From positions 1 to 16,939 of the forward strand of contig CAZUFC010000162.1 in the NCBI GenBank assembly GCA_964619725.1: 16,939 nucleotides of DNA, read 5' to 3'. Numbering within the stretch: the stretch's first letter is position 1; each line of letters opens with the position of its first letter. The DNA is from an uncultured bacterium (lineage in GTDB: Bacteria > CSSED10-310 > CAZUFC01). This document shows, piece after piece, positions 1 through 8,015 of the stretch. Under the pieces are notes generated by a model. The model was not told the origin of the DNA, did no database searches, and worked only from the letters and a program-made list of their open reading frames with translations. The position numbers were made by a program, and so were the translations under genes.

Positions 1-166
1 TTCGAACTTCTGAGAGAAAGTCAAGAAAAAAATGCGCTATCTTTTTATATTTTTTTAACTTTCTATTTTGTGGACAGGAACAAGTTAGATTAATTTTGTC
101 GACTATTCCTTTGGTTTTCGGTATTATTATTTTATAGTAAATATTATGAGCAATGATTTTTTCTAG

Positions 167-185
167 AATTTCAGAACTCTTGACA
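167..185 (-). repeat. Degenerate third copy of the same repeat (AATTTCAGAACTCTTGACA)
   Basis: 16/19 identical to 16882-16900 in direct orientation; inverted relative to 342-360. Confidence 0.6.
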
Positions 186-340
186 TACCCTAGTCAAACA
201 ATTGATTATAAAGGCTTTTAAAACTAACCAATTCGGCAAAATTATTGTGAAATATTTTTGAATTTCACGACAAACAATATTGATATTCTTTGAACCGTGA
301 TCCGTTTTCATCAAAAAATTCACAATTCTTTTCAGGCACA

Positions 341-361
341 TTGTCAGGAGCTCAGAATTTA
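341..361 (+). repeat. Left copy of 21-bp inverted repeat (TTGTCAGGAGCTCAGAATTTA)
   Basis: Its reverse complement TAAATTCTGAGCTCCTGACAA matches 16881-16901 (TAAATTCTGAACTCCTGACAA) at 20/21. Contains the stop codon (352-354) of the membrane-protein gene. Confidence 0.85.
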
Positions 362-2547
362 ATTAATCCTGTTAATACGGTAATAAGAATTATATTCAAT
401 ATCCAACCAGAAACGATTTGAAATACATACCATAAATACAAATAGTAAACTTTTATCATTCGCCGATATTTTCTTAAGAAACTTTTGTCGTTTAAAGAGT
501 TATGAGGAATGATAGGTTTCCAATTTTTCTGCATATCCAGATTAATTATCGGTAAAAAAACGTCCAATGAGTAGAAAAATGGTGTAAATCGGATTTTGAC
601 TTCTCGTTCTTCACTGTAAAATTTGTTAGCTTGAATAATTTTGCCTTCTTTATAACCTCGACAAAATAACAATGCTCCTAAAATTATAATAACCATATCC
701 CAGACTATTATCCTGAAAGGACAATAACCATAACAAAAAATTAATCGCCAGAAACCTGACCAAACATCTTTTATAAAATTATTATGGTTTTCATAATAAT
801 CTTTATATTTAGCTATCATAACTTTGTCATGATAATCTTTTCGGCCTTCATTCAAATAAACCTTTGCCAATTGATCATAAGGCTGAGGATTAAACATTTG
901 AGAATAATTTCTTCTAATCCAATTCAATCTGACGTTAGGATCGTAATTTTCTCCAACATAATAAATACTCTTTTTATATTCATGCTGCTTTATATTGTTA
1001 TATTTTAGACCATTAATAAACAATTTACCCTTTTCTGGCCAGTTAAATTTTTTATCTGCCAATAATTCTATATGAGAATGACTTAGGTCGAGTTCCATAA
1101 CTTCGGGTCTTGTAATGCCGTTCATCTCAAAGTTACCTTCAATCAACGCTTTGTTGAATAAAATTCTCCCTTCTGTATAGAAGCCATCGGTCAATCTCAA
1201 ACTACCACCTATTTCTATGTGTGAAGCACTTATAGCTATTCTCTGTGAGTTATTTGGATATATTTTACATCTTTTAAATTCAAGATCACCACCTATTTTT
1301 GCATGCTTCAAAGAAATATTACCTGATGAATGAAACCAATTATTTATATATCCTGGCGAATGCCTAAAGACCAAGCTTTCGGTTACTTCAATATAATCAC
1401 CCAGAAAGGCGCTCACTTCACCTTTTGCGTCTAATTTAGCACTCTCACATCTGATTCTTCCAGAAATTTTAGCAAGATTTATTCTAAAATTTCCCCGGCA
1501 TTTAAATCCCCTATCCAATAATAGGTTGCCCTTAATTTGCAATCCCTCTCCATTAAAACCCTTTAAAAGTTGACATCCTGTAAGCGTTAACTCAGGTAAT
1601 TCCGCATTGCGCAGAACCAATTTATTCATAAAGCAACAATTTATAAAAGAAAGTTGATGATTGATACTTAAATTAGAAAGATCTAATTCTCCTATAATAT
1701 AAGCACCATAAACGTTCAATCCATAATTCGACCAATGGCATGCCGCATCCTTATTCGAACAAAGCCAACTTATTACCTCCTTCCTTATTGTTCTTTCATA
1801 AAGAAAACAAACAAATATTTCATGATAATTCAAAAATGCGTTTATACAAATATTATTTAATTTTGTTTGCAGGTGGACATTTTTCCCTTTTTCGACGGCT
1901 TTTAGAAGTGCTTTTTCAGCGGGCAATAATTTAAATTTATTACTTGCTTTTTTTAATAAAATACCTTGTATTTTCCTCAAGTCAAAATTATTATTATATC
2001 TGATATTAAGATTATCACAAACAGGAAAAGGTTCTGTCAATAAGAACAACTCTCCTTTATTGATATATAATAGAGGGTAATATTGATACGTGGTTGGAGG
2101 CAAAATATAAAATAATTGGATAATTTTTAATAAAGGCTCATTTTTTTGTATGAATCTTATTCTTTCAGTGTCCTTAATATTAAAGGTAATTTGGTGAAAA
2201 GAATCTATGCTTATAATACAAATAAGAATAATTAATGATACGACAAATAAAGGTGAAGACGCTTTATCGACAATTGAACTCTTTGTTATTATACTTAAAA
2301 TCAAGCCAATAATCAGAAAAAAAATTCCTATAATGAGAAAAATCCCTGTAACATCATATATATTATTGAATTTATTTACTGATTCACGATATAAAAAATT
2401 CCAGGATGTCGGAAAAATATTTCTACAATAAAAAGCATATATATAGAATATAATTGCTAAAACAAAAAACTTTTTATTGTGCTCTTCAATTGATGTAAGA
2501 AATTTTTCTATTATATTATCAAATTTTAAAATGAACTTCTTAGACAC
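352..2547 (-). CDS. Membrane protein: N-terminal TM segments, pentapeptide-like beta-helix repeats, C-terminal TM/re-entrant (channel-like) module; family often auto-annotated 'membrane-associated oxidoreductase'
   Basis: Long ORF (742 aa from TTG 2580, or 731 aa from GTG 2547, which has SD AAGGAG at 2555-2560 with a 7-nt spacer). Three hydrophobic N-terminal helices. Repeats such as GAYIIGELDLSN, LAKISGRIRC, HAKIGGDLEF, HIEIGGSLRL, KALIEGNFEM. Then PQPYDQLAKVY, YGYCPFR+TM, PFFYSLDVFLPIINL and a final TM GWILNIILITVLTG. Sampled 60-nt rows are 25-30% GC. Confidence 0.75.
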   Translation of the reverse strand: MSKKFILKFDNIIEKFLTSIEEHNKKFFVLAIIFYIYAFYCRNIFPTSWNFLYRESVNKFNNIYDVTGIFLIIGIFFLIIGLILSIITKSSIVDKASSPLFVVSLIILICIISIDSFHQITFNIKDTERIRFIQKNEPLLKIIQLFYILPPTTYQYYPLLYINKGELFLLTEPFPVCDNLNIRYNNNFDLRKIQGILLKKASNKFKLLPAEKALLKAVEKGKNVHLQTKLNNICINAFLNYHEIFVCFLYERTIRKEVISWLCSNKDAACHWSNYGLNVYGAYIIGELDLSNLSINHQLSFINCCFMNKLVLRNAELPELTLTGCQLLKGFNGEGLQIKGNLLLDRGFKCRGNFRINLAKISGRIRCESAKLDAKGEVSAFLGDYIEVTESLVFRHSPGYINNWFHSSGNISLKHAKIGGDLEFKRCKIYPNNSQRIAISASHIEIGGSLRLTDGFYTEGRILFNKALIEGNFEMNGITRPEVMELDLSHSHIELLADKKFNWPEKGKLFINGLKYNNIKQHEYKKSIYYVGENYDPNVRLNWIRRNYSQMFNPQPYDQLAKVYLNEGRKDYHDKVMIAKYKDYYENHNNFIKDVWSGFWRLIFCYGYCPFRIIVWDMVIIILGALLFCRGYKEGKIIQANKFYSEEREVKIRFTPFFYSLDVFLPIINLDMQKNWKPIIPHNSLNDKSFLRKYRRMIKVYYLYLWYVFQIVSGWILNIILITVLTGLIKF

Positions 2548-2589
2548 AATACTACTCCTTTTCTTTGCATTATGCAACAAAATACAAAA

Positions 2590-5500
2590 TCAATCCCCCT
2601 CCCCCAAAAACCAGTCCAAATCATTTTTAATCTTGTCGGCTTTAGATTTACCAAGCAGCAGTCTTCCCAGTCTGTAGAACACTATTTTCATGAAATTTCT
2701 ATCAAAGAGTTGCGTATAGGTTATTTCAATCACTTCATAAGCTGAATTTCTCAGTTCTGTTCTGATTAAATTGTCTTTTTGTGCTGTTTCTGTGTTGCCG
2801 TGATAATGTTTGCTCATGCCGTCCAGGTAGATGCAAATTCCTTCCAGTCTTTCAGTCGGGTCATTGAAAAAGAAATCTGGTATTGTTCTGTCGTAGGGTT
2901 TTCCTATTTTTATGGGGTATTGAGTTTCGAAATTCTGGAAGCCTGCTTTTTGTAGCATGCATTTAAGGGTTTCTTCGGCGGCGTTTACGGTTATTTTTTC
3001 GTGGTCTTTTTCCGGGAACCTTGCTGGGATGTCGTTGACGAAATCTATTTCTGAGCCGAATTTTCTGATTGTTTCTGCGGCTTTTTTTCTGTCTAGGTAT
3101 CTGTGGCAGAATGCGTTTCTGAAGTTCATCAGGCAGTCTATACAGGCTTTATCGCATGCTGAGGGACAGTTTTCGGCCAGTTCGAGGGCTGAAGCGGTCA
3201 CTTCATCCCAACGGTCCAGCATTTGATTCAGCAAGCCTGAACCGCCGGGCATGGGATCGTAGAGCATAACATCCACGGCTTCGCTCCCGGTATGACCAAT
3301 CGCCAATAGTTGGAGGTCTTCGTTCTCCATTTCCAGGACCCTGGCGGCGCCTTGCCTGAGCGATTCCATTACGCTGTATGCGAAGCTTCTGTCGGGGCAA
3401 TCTTTCAGCGTTAACGCATCGGCTGTTATATCGGCGTAGAATCCTACGCTTTGCACCCGTTTTCCGCATCTTTTTTTGTGATCTTCACGGAATGAATTGA
3501 GTTCACTTTCTGAAGCCAGCGGAGAGCGGCTCTGTCCGCAACTCAGGCATAGGGGATAACCGATTTTACCGGTGTTCTGGACCAGTTTGACCGGCCCTAT
3601 GTTCACGAGTTTCAGATAGACGCCGGCACGATGATTGATGTTCATATCGCCCCATTGATATGACTTGCCTTCTCGGTGACGGTCCTGTTCGTATCCGTAA
3701 ACCGCTGTGCCGAGGTGAAAACGGAAAAGTTCTTCATCGGAGATGGTGGAAATATGCGGCAGGTCAACGTCGCACATGGGTACGGCGTTTATTTTCCTTA
3801 TGCCTATTTCTGACGATTGGGCGTTAGTTTCCGAACCTATTAGGTTTACGGCCTCATTTTTTATATCCACCTGAAATTTGACGGCTTCCTGAGGCGTCAG
3901 ATGATAATAACGCGGGGCATACCTGTGTCCGTTGGCGTAAACCAGGTTGCCGGGGATGTATTCTCTGAGCGCCAGCGCGGTTTCCCGCTTCAGTTCCCAT
4001 TCCCTGATCCTCGGATCGAAAGGCGGAGGCAGGTAATGGCAATTTACCGCGCCCTTGTCCAGTCCGTAACCCGGCAGGAATCCTTCTGCAGCCAGGACGT
4101 TGTAAGTGTATGTGTCGTCGTAACCGGCCGTTTCGCGACTCGAACGTTTTATTTTGCCTTTCATTTTTTTAACCAGCCTGTCGCATCGCCTGAAAAGCTC
4201 TTCTTCCGAAGGATCAAGCGTTCCTTTTTTTGACCTCGAGCGGCTCAATTTGTTGATTTGATCCATGGCCCATTCCAGGCGTTTATGCAACCTGTCGATA
4301 ACCTGCTTGAGCTGATCCGTTGCTTCTTTAATATACAATTGCAGACACTCTTTTTTAACGACAGCGGTATCGTCTCCGGGCCAGTTCTGAGAAAAAATGT
4401 CCGTCAGGTTATCCAGTATGATGTGACCGTATCTCTCCGTCAGTACCGAAATTTCCGAAACATTATAATCCCTATCAAGAATATGTCCCTGCTCATCAAA
4501 CAGGTAATCCCTGATAAAAACAGGAAAACAATGATTCATTACCGAACCGATGTAATGTTTTTCATTTTTTCCGATGTCTTTTCTTTTCAGAGAATTGAGA
4601 GTCGTAAGGATCGCGGCGTGCGTGTGTTTTCTTATCATGAATTCGTTTTTCAGGTTGAAACTGGGCGGATAGACTTTGCCTTCAAGCATTTTCAATGGAT
4701 CGACGTAGTAGGCGCGATCATGACTGGCCGGTCTTGAGTAGGTAAGGCACACGGACATCCGATGACGTCTTCCGGCACGGCCTGATCTTTGTTTATAATT
4801 GGCCGGCAGAGGCGGCACGTTGCGCATCAGCACAGCGTCCAGGGAGCCTATATCGACGCCCAATTCAAGCGTCGGCGTGCAAACCAGTGTATTGATTTTA
4901 TCCTCATCGCTTTTGAACAGGATTTCCCTCAGTTCACGATCTCGCTGCGGAACCTGTGCCGAGTGTTCTTCGGGTCTGATCATCGTGATCTGCTGGTCTA
5001 TGGTATTGAGATCGTAATTATCCGGGTCCTCTTTTTCATATTGCAGTTTTCCCTTGCATCGATAAGCCGTGCAGGCCAAGTTCGGCGTTCGTCTCAGATT
5101 CACGCGGCGGCATGTATCGCACCGGTAAAGCCCTTTATTGGCCTGTAGTATCAGTTTATCGGCATCGATCTGGCTTGCTCCTTGGGTTCCCGGGATAATT
5201 TTTTGCGTACGGCTTTTTATCCTTACGGGAACGACAAGTTGAAGATTTGTCGTTAATAATTTCCATAATTCATTCAAGAACGGCTCGACCTGATCTCCTG
5301 GAACCCCGAATTTATGCGCTGCATCCATGGCTGTAGTGATGCCTTTGTCGCTCATAAATTGACTTAATCGTTCTTTTTTATCGTCTGCTTTCCGTTTGAA
5401 TTTTATTCCCCTGGGTCCGCCTTTGTGAGGCAGAAGATATCCGTTCTGAATTTCACGGTCCCCGCTGCTCCAGTAACGAGTGAATATTTTATCCTCCTTG

Positions 5501-8010
5501 TCCAGGAGAAGTTTGTTTCTTCTGAAATGATCCAGTAGGGACGCTATCCCTTCCTTGAGTATTTCCGCCCGGCAGCCAGTTATTTTAGCCCATTTCTGAA
5601 AAAACGGCAGTCCGGCGTCAAGTCCCTGGTAATCAACCTTCATTCTTCCGAGTGGTTCGAGCCCCGTCGGCTGTCTCATGCCCATGGCGGATTCCTGGAG
5701 TAACTGGAGCCGAATGAAGCGTTTCCGTTCTATGCCGTGATGACGGGGCGACGATTCTTTTCTGTAAAATCGCCATACTTCCGGCAACAGCGTCTCAGAC
5801 AGTTCGTCGTCCCTTGATATGCCTTCATCCATGTAATGTGTCAGGTCGCCGAGCGTTAAAGGCCTGCCTTTTAAATATTCATACATCAGTTCGCGAAAAC
5901 GGAATCTTCGGGCGTGGTCTTTCATCCATCCCGCCTGGAATGCGGCATCCTGCCGGTTGTCCGTAAAAACGAGTAGCCTGCGCCTTTCAGCATGATGGAT
6001 CATATTTTGAACCAGGATATGAACGTCGGACACCGTGATCGCCCGTACCGGCCGGGCCGCTTCTCTTTCCTGCCCTGAGACGACTCGGAGCGGCGCATGA
6101 CAGGCAATGCATGACGTAAGCATTCCCGGATGCTTCCGGTCCTGTTTCAGGACATGCACTTTAACGAGACTGCCTTCTTGAGTGCAATTAACGCACGTTT
6201 TACTATCGTCCGGGTATAATCTTCCGCAATGTCTGCAAAAATATAACGGATGGGCGTTTTTTTTATGTCGCAGCTCCTCTTCATCCTCCTCCGTTTCATC
6301 GCCGTATGCCATTCGATCGAGCAACAGAACTCTTTTTCCGCCCCGCTGTTTTTCCAGGGGTATCCACATTGAACTGTCTTCATGCGCCTGTCCCTTCGAA
6401 GGGAGTTTGCCCGTAAAATCGAAATCCTGAAGGTAATGCTCATAATAGTGTTGACCGCAGGTGGTGCAGGCCAGAACAGGAAGTCTGAAAAGAGCGCTGT
6501 CGTATTTTTCGGCATTTTCGGCAGACAACCACAACCTGGCATTTTCCCGTTCTTCCGGAAAATTGACCACAGCGCCGTCTATGCCGCGAATGAACGCATG
6601 AACCACCGGACGCAACAACGGTTGTTCATTCCTGACGGCTGCAGCGCCCAGCGCCAGCCATAATAATATTTCTTCTTCCGTCACCGACCGGGACAGTTTT
6701 TTCGATAAGTCCTCAATAAGTTCATTTACCAGTTTCGGCGCCTGGAGCGACTGATCGATCTGGTAGAGCAATTCGTTGTGAGATAATTGAGCGTAAAGGT
6801 CCTCCCTCCAGCGTGCAATTTGGAGGGTCGAACCGCTTATTCCGCAAAACGCTGCCTTGAACGCTTTCAAGGTATGATTCGATTCCGGGTTATCTTCGAT
6901 ATCGGACAACAGTTCCAGCATGTTGGACAATTGTTTCTTCTGATCGCCCGGCAGCGGATCAGGAACGCTTCTCGGCGATACCCACAATTGAGGTTCATAT
7001 TCTTCGCCGATCACTTCGACGCTCGATTCCGATATTCCGAAAAAGCGGGAAGCGAAGGAACGACTGATGTCATCGCCCTGTTTGGGGTCGGCGATAGTGG
7101 CTGACGTGGCTATGCATACCGTTTCATCCGACTTTTTGCCGCAGAATGTACGCAATCTCCTGATCAGGCAGGCCGTTTCCGCGCCGCCTGCGCCGCTGAA
7201 GGTGTGCGCTTCGTCGAAAACAAGATAGTCCAGGCTTGCGTTGTCGAAAAGATCAATGTCCCGTTCACGCGTCAACAGCAGTTCCAACTGCTTGACGTTG
7301 GTCAGAAGAATCTGCGGACGCTTGCCGGGCAGCCTCATTTCTTCTCTTGAGGGACGCTCGTTTATCGGATGCACGGGAATCGGTTCCTTCTCGCTCTCCT
7401 GAAGCTTCATTTCATGATCATAATCCTTTACAGATGCATGCGAGGATAAACGCTTGCCGAATACATCGCGGGCCTTTTCCGGCGTTTTGCCGATGTACAT
7501 GCCGTATGTGACGCCGGTCTCCATCAGCAGCCGCCGGAGCCGACCAAGCTGATCCTCGGCCAATGCATTCATGGGATATACGATCACGGCCGATATGCCG
7601 TCCGTTTTGCCGGCATCGCGCAGCCGTAAACAATGCGTTATGACGGGATACAGGAAACACTCTGTTTTTCCTGAACCGGTGCCTGTCGAAATGATCACGT
7701 TCCTGCCCGCTGCAATGGACCGCAGCGCCCGCTCCTGGTGACCGTAAACATTGGGAAAGGGAGCGATCCCGGTCATCGCCCGGTGAAGTATCCCCTCCTT
7801 CGCCAGCTCCGCTATAGTCGCCCCCTTTTTGAACGAACGGGACAGGCTGATGTACGGACCTTTCATCAGCGGGGTGGCGCGCGTCTCCTCCAGGCTGAGT
7901 AATTTTCGCATCTGATGATGCAGGTCATGGTCCGCAAACGCATAGGTCGTTATCTGGTACTTTAAGAAATCACCAACCACGCGTTCGGTATAGGTGATGG
8001 GATTCAGCAT
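2590..8010 (-). CDS. Giant DEAH-box (YprA/MrfA/DruE-like) helicase with Zn ribbons, DUF1998 and C-terminal Vsr/DUF559-like endonuclease domain
   Basis: Motifs: YGHQERA (Q), STGTGSGKT (I), VYPMNALAEDQ (Ia), LVFDEAH (II, 7204-7215), ATSAT (III), LLVFTDNRQDAA (IV), CTPTLELGVDIG (V), YKQRSGRAGRR (VI). DUF1998 signature YDPMPGGSG...CPSACDKACIDCL (Cys cluster 3130-3168). C-terminal IPDF...IYLDG...H...D..IR..L....EVIEI. Start placed at ATG 8010 because SD AGGAGG (8019-8024) is 8 nt upstream (1806 aa); the ORF track starts at GTG 8019. Confidence 0.9.
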   Translation of the reverse strand: MLNPITYTERVVGDFLKYQITTYAFADHDLHHQMRKLLSLEETRATPLMKGPYISLSRSFKKGATIAELAKEGILHRAMTGIAPFPNVYGHQERALRSIAAGRNVIISTGTGSGKTECFLYPVITHCLRLRDAGKTDGISAVIVYPMNALAEDQLGRLRRLLMETGVTYGMYIGKTPEKARDVFGKRLSSHASVKDYDHEMKLQESEKEPIPVHPINERPSREEMRLPGKRPQILLTNVKQLELLLTRERDIDLFDNASLDYLVFDEAHTFSGAGGAETACLIRRLRTFCGKKSDETVCIATSATIADPKQGDDISRSFASRFFGISESSVEVIGEEYEPQLWVSPRSVPDPLPGDQKKQLSNMLELLSDIEDNPESNHTLKAFKAAFCGISGSTLQIARWREDLYAQLSHNELLYQIDQSLQAPKLVNELIEDLSKKLSRSVTEEEILLWLALGAAAVRNEQPLLRPVVHAFIRGIDGAVVNFPEERENARLWLSAENAEKYDSALFRLPVLACTTCGQHYYEHYLQDFDFTGKLPSKGQAHEDSSMWIPLEKQRGGKRVLLLDRMAYGDETEEDEEELRHKKNAHPLYFCRHCGRLYPDDSKTCVNCTQEGSLVKVHVLKQDRKHPGMLTSCIACHAPLRVVSGQEREAARPVRAITVSDVHILVQNMIHHAERRRLLVFTDNRQDAAFQAGWMKDHARRFRFRELMYEYLKGRPLTLGDLTHYMDEGISRDDELSETLLPEVWRFYRKESSPRHHGIERKRFIRLQLLQESAMGMRQPTGLEPLGRMKVDYQGLDAGLPFFQKWAKITGCRAEILKEGIASLLDHFRRNKLLLDKEDKIFTRYWSSGDREIQNGYLLPHKGGPRGIKFKRKADDKKERLSQFMSDKGITTAMDAAHKFGVPGDQVEPFLNELWKLLTTNLQLVVPVRIKSRTQKIIPGTQGASQIDADKLILQANKGLYRCDTCRRVNLRRTPNLACTAYRCKGKLQYEKEDPDNYDLNTIDQQITMIRPEEHSAQVPQRDRELREILFKSDEDKINTLVCTPTLELGVDIGSLDAVLMRNVPPLPANYKQRSGRAGRRHRMSVCLTYSRPASHDRAYYVDPLKMLEGKVYPPSFNLKNEFMIRKHTHAAILTTLNSLKRKDIGKNEKHYIGSVMNHCFPVFIRDYLFDEQGHILDRDYNVSEISVLTERYGHIILDNLTDIFSQNWPGDDTAVVKKECLQLYIKEATDQLKQVIDRLHKRLEWAMDQINKLSRSRSKKGTLDPSEEELFRRCDRLVKKMKGKIKRSSRETAGYDDTYTYNVLAAEGFLPGYGLDKGAVNCHYLPPPFDPRIREWELKRETALALREYIPGNLVYANGHRYAPRYYHLTPQEAVKFQVDIKNEAVNLIGSETNAQSSEIGIRKINAVPMCDVDLPHISTISDEELFRFHLGTAVYGYEQDRHREGKSYQWGDMNINHRAGVYLKLVNIGPVKLVQNTGKIGYPLCLSCGQSRSPLASESELNSFREDHKKRCGKRVQSVGFYADITADALTLKDCPDRSFAYSVMESLRQGAARVLEMENEDLQLLAIGHTGSEAVDVMLYDPMPGGSGLLNQMLDRWDEVTASALELAENCPSACDKACIDCLMNFRNAFCHRYLDRKKAAETIRKFGSEIDFVNDIPARFPEKDHEKITVNAAEETLKCMLQKAGFQNFETQYPIKIGKPYDRTIPDFFFNDPTERLEGICIYLDGMSKHYHGNTETAQKDNLIRTELRNSAYEVIEITYTQLFDRNFMKIVFYRLGRLLLGKSKADKIKNDLDWFLGEGD

Positions 8011-8015
8011 GACGA

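Noticed and set aside
19-24. Minus-strand -35 (TTGACT) for a gene beyond the left edge
   Set aside because: The matching -10 would fall outside the window and cannot be assessed.
245-262. Rex/CRP-like operator TTGTGAAATATTTTTGAA
   Set aside because: Only one good half-site in a very AT-rich context, and the regulated gene would lie outside the window.
167-361. CRISPR array, integron attC or dif site
   Set aside because: No regularly spaced direct repeats, no RYYYAAC/GTTRRRY core pair, and no match to the XerC/XerD dif consensus.
352-2547. Oxidoreductase or K+ channel function for the membrane protein
   Set aside because: No Rossmann, flavin or Fe-S motif is visible, and there is no TxGYG selectivity filter in the re-entrant segment; function left open.
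2548-2580. TTG start at 2580 for the membrane protein
   Set aside because: The nearest GGAGG is ~17 nt away, whereas GTG 2547 has AAGGAG at 7 nt.
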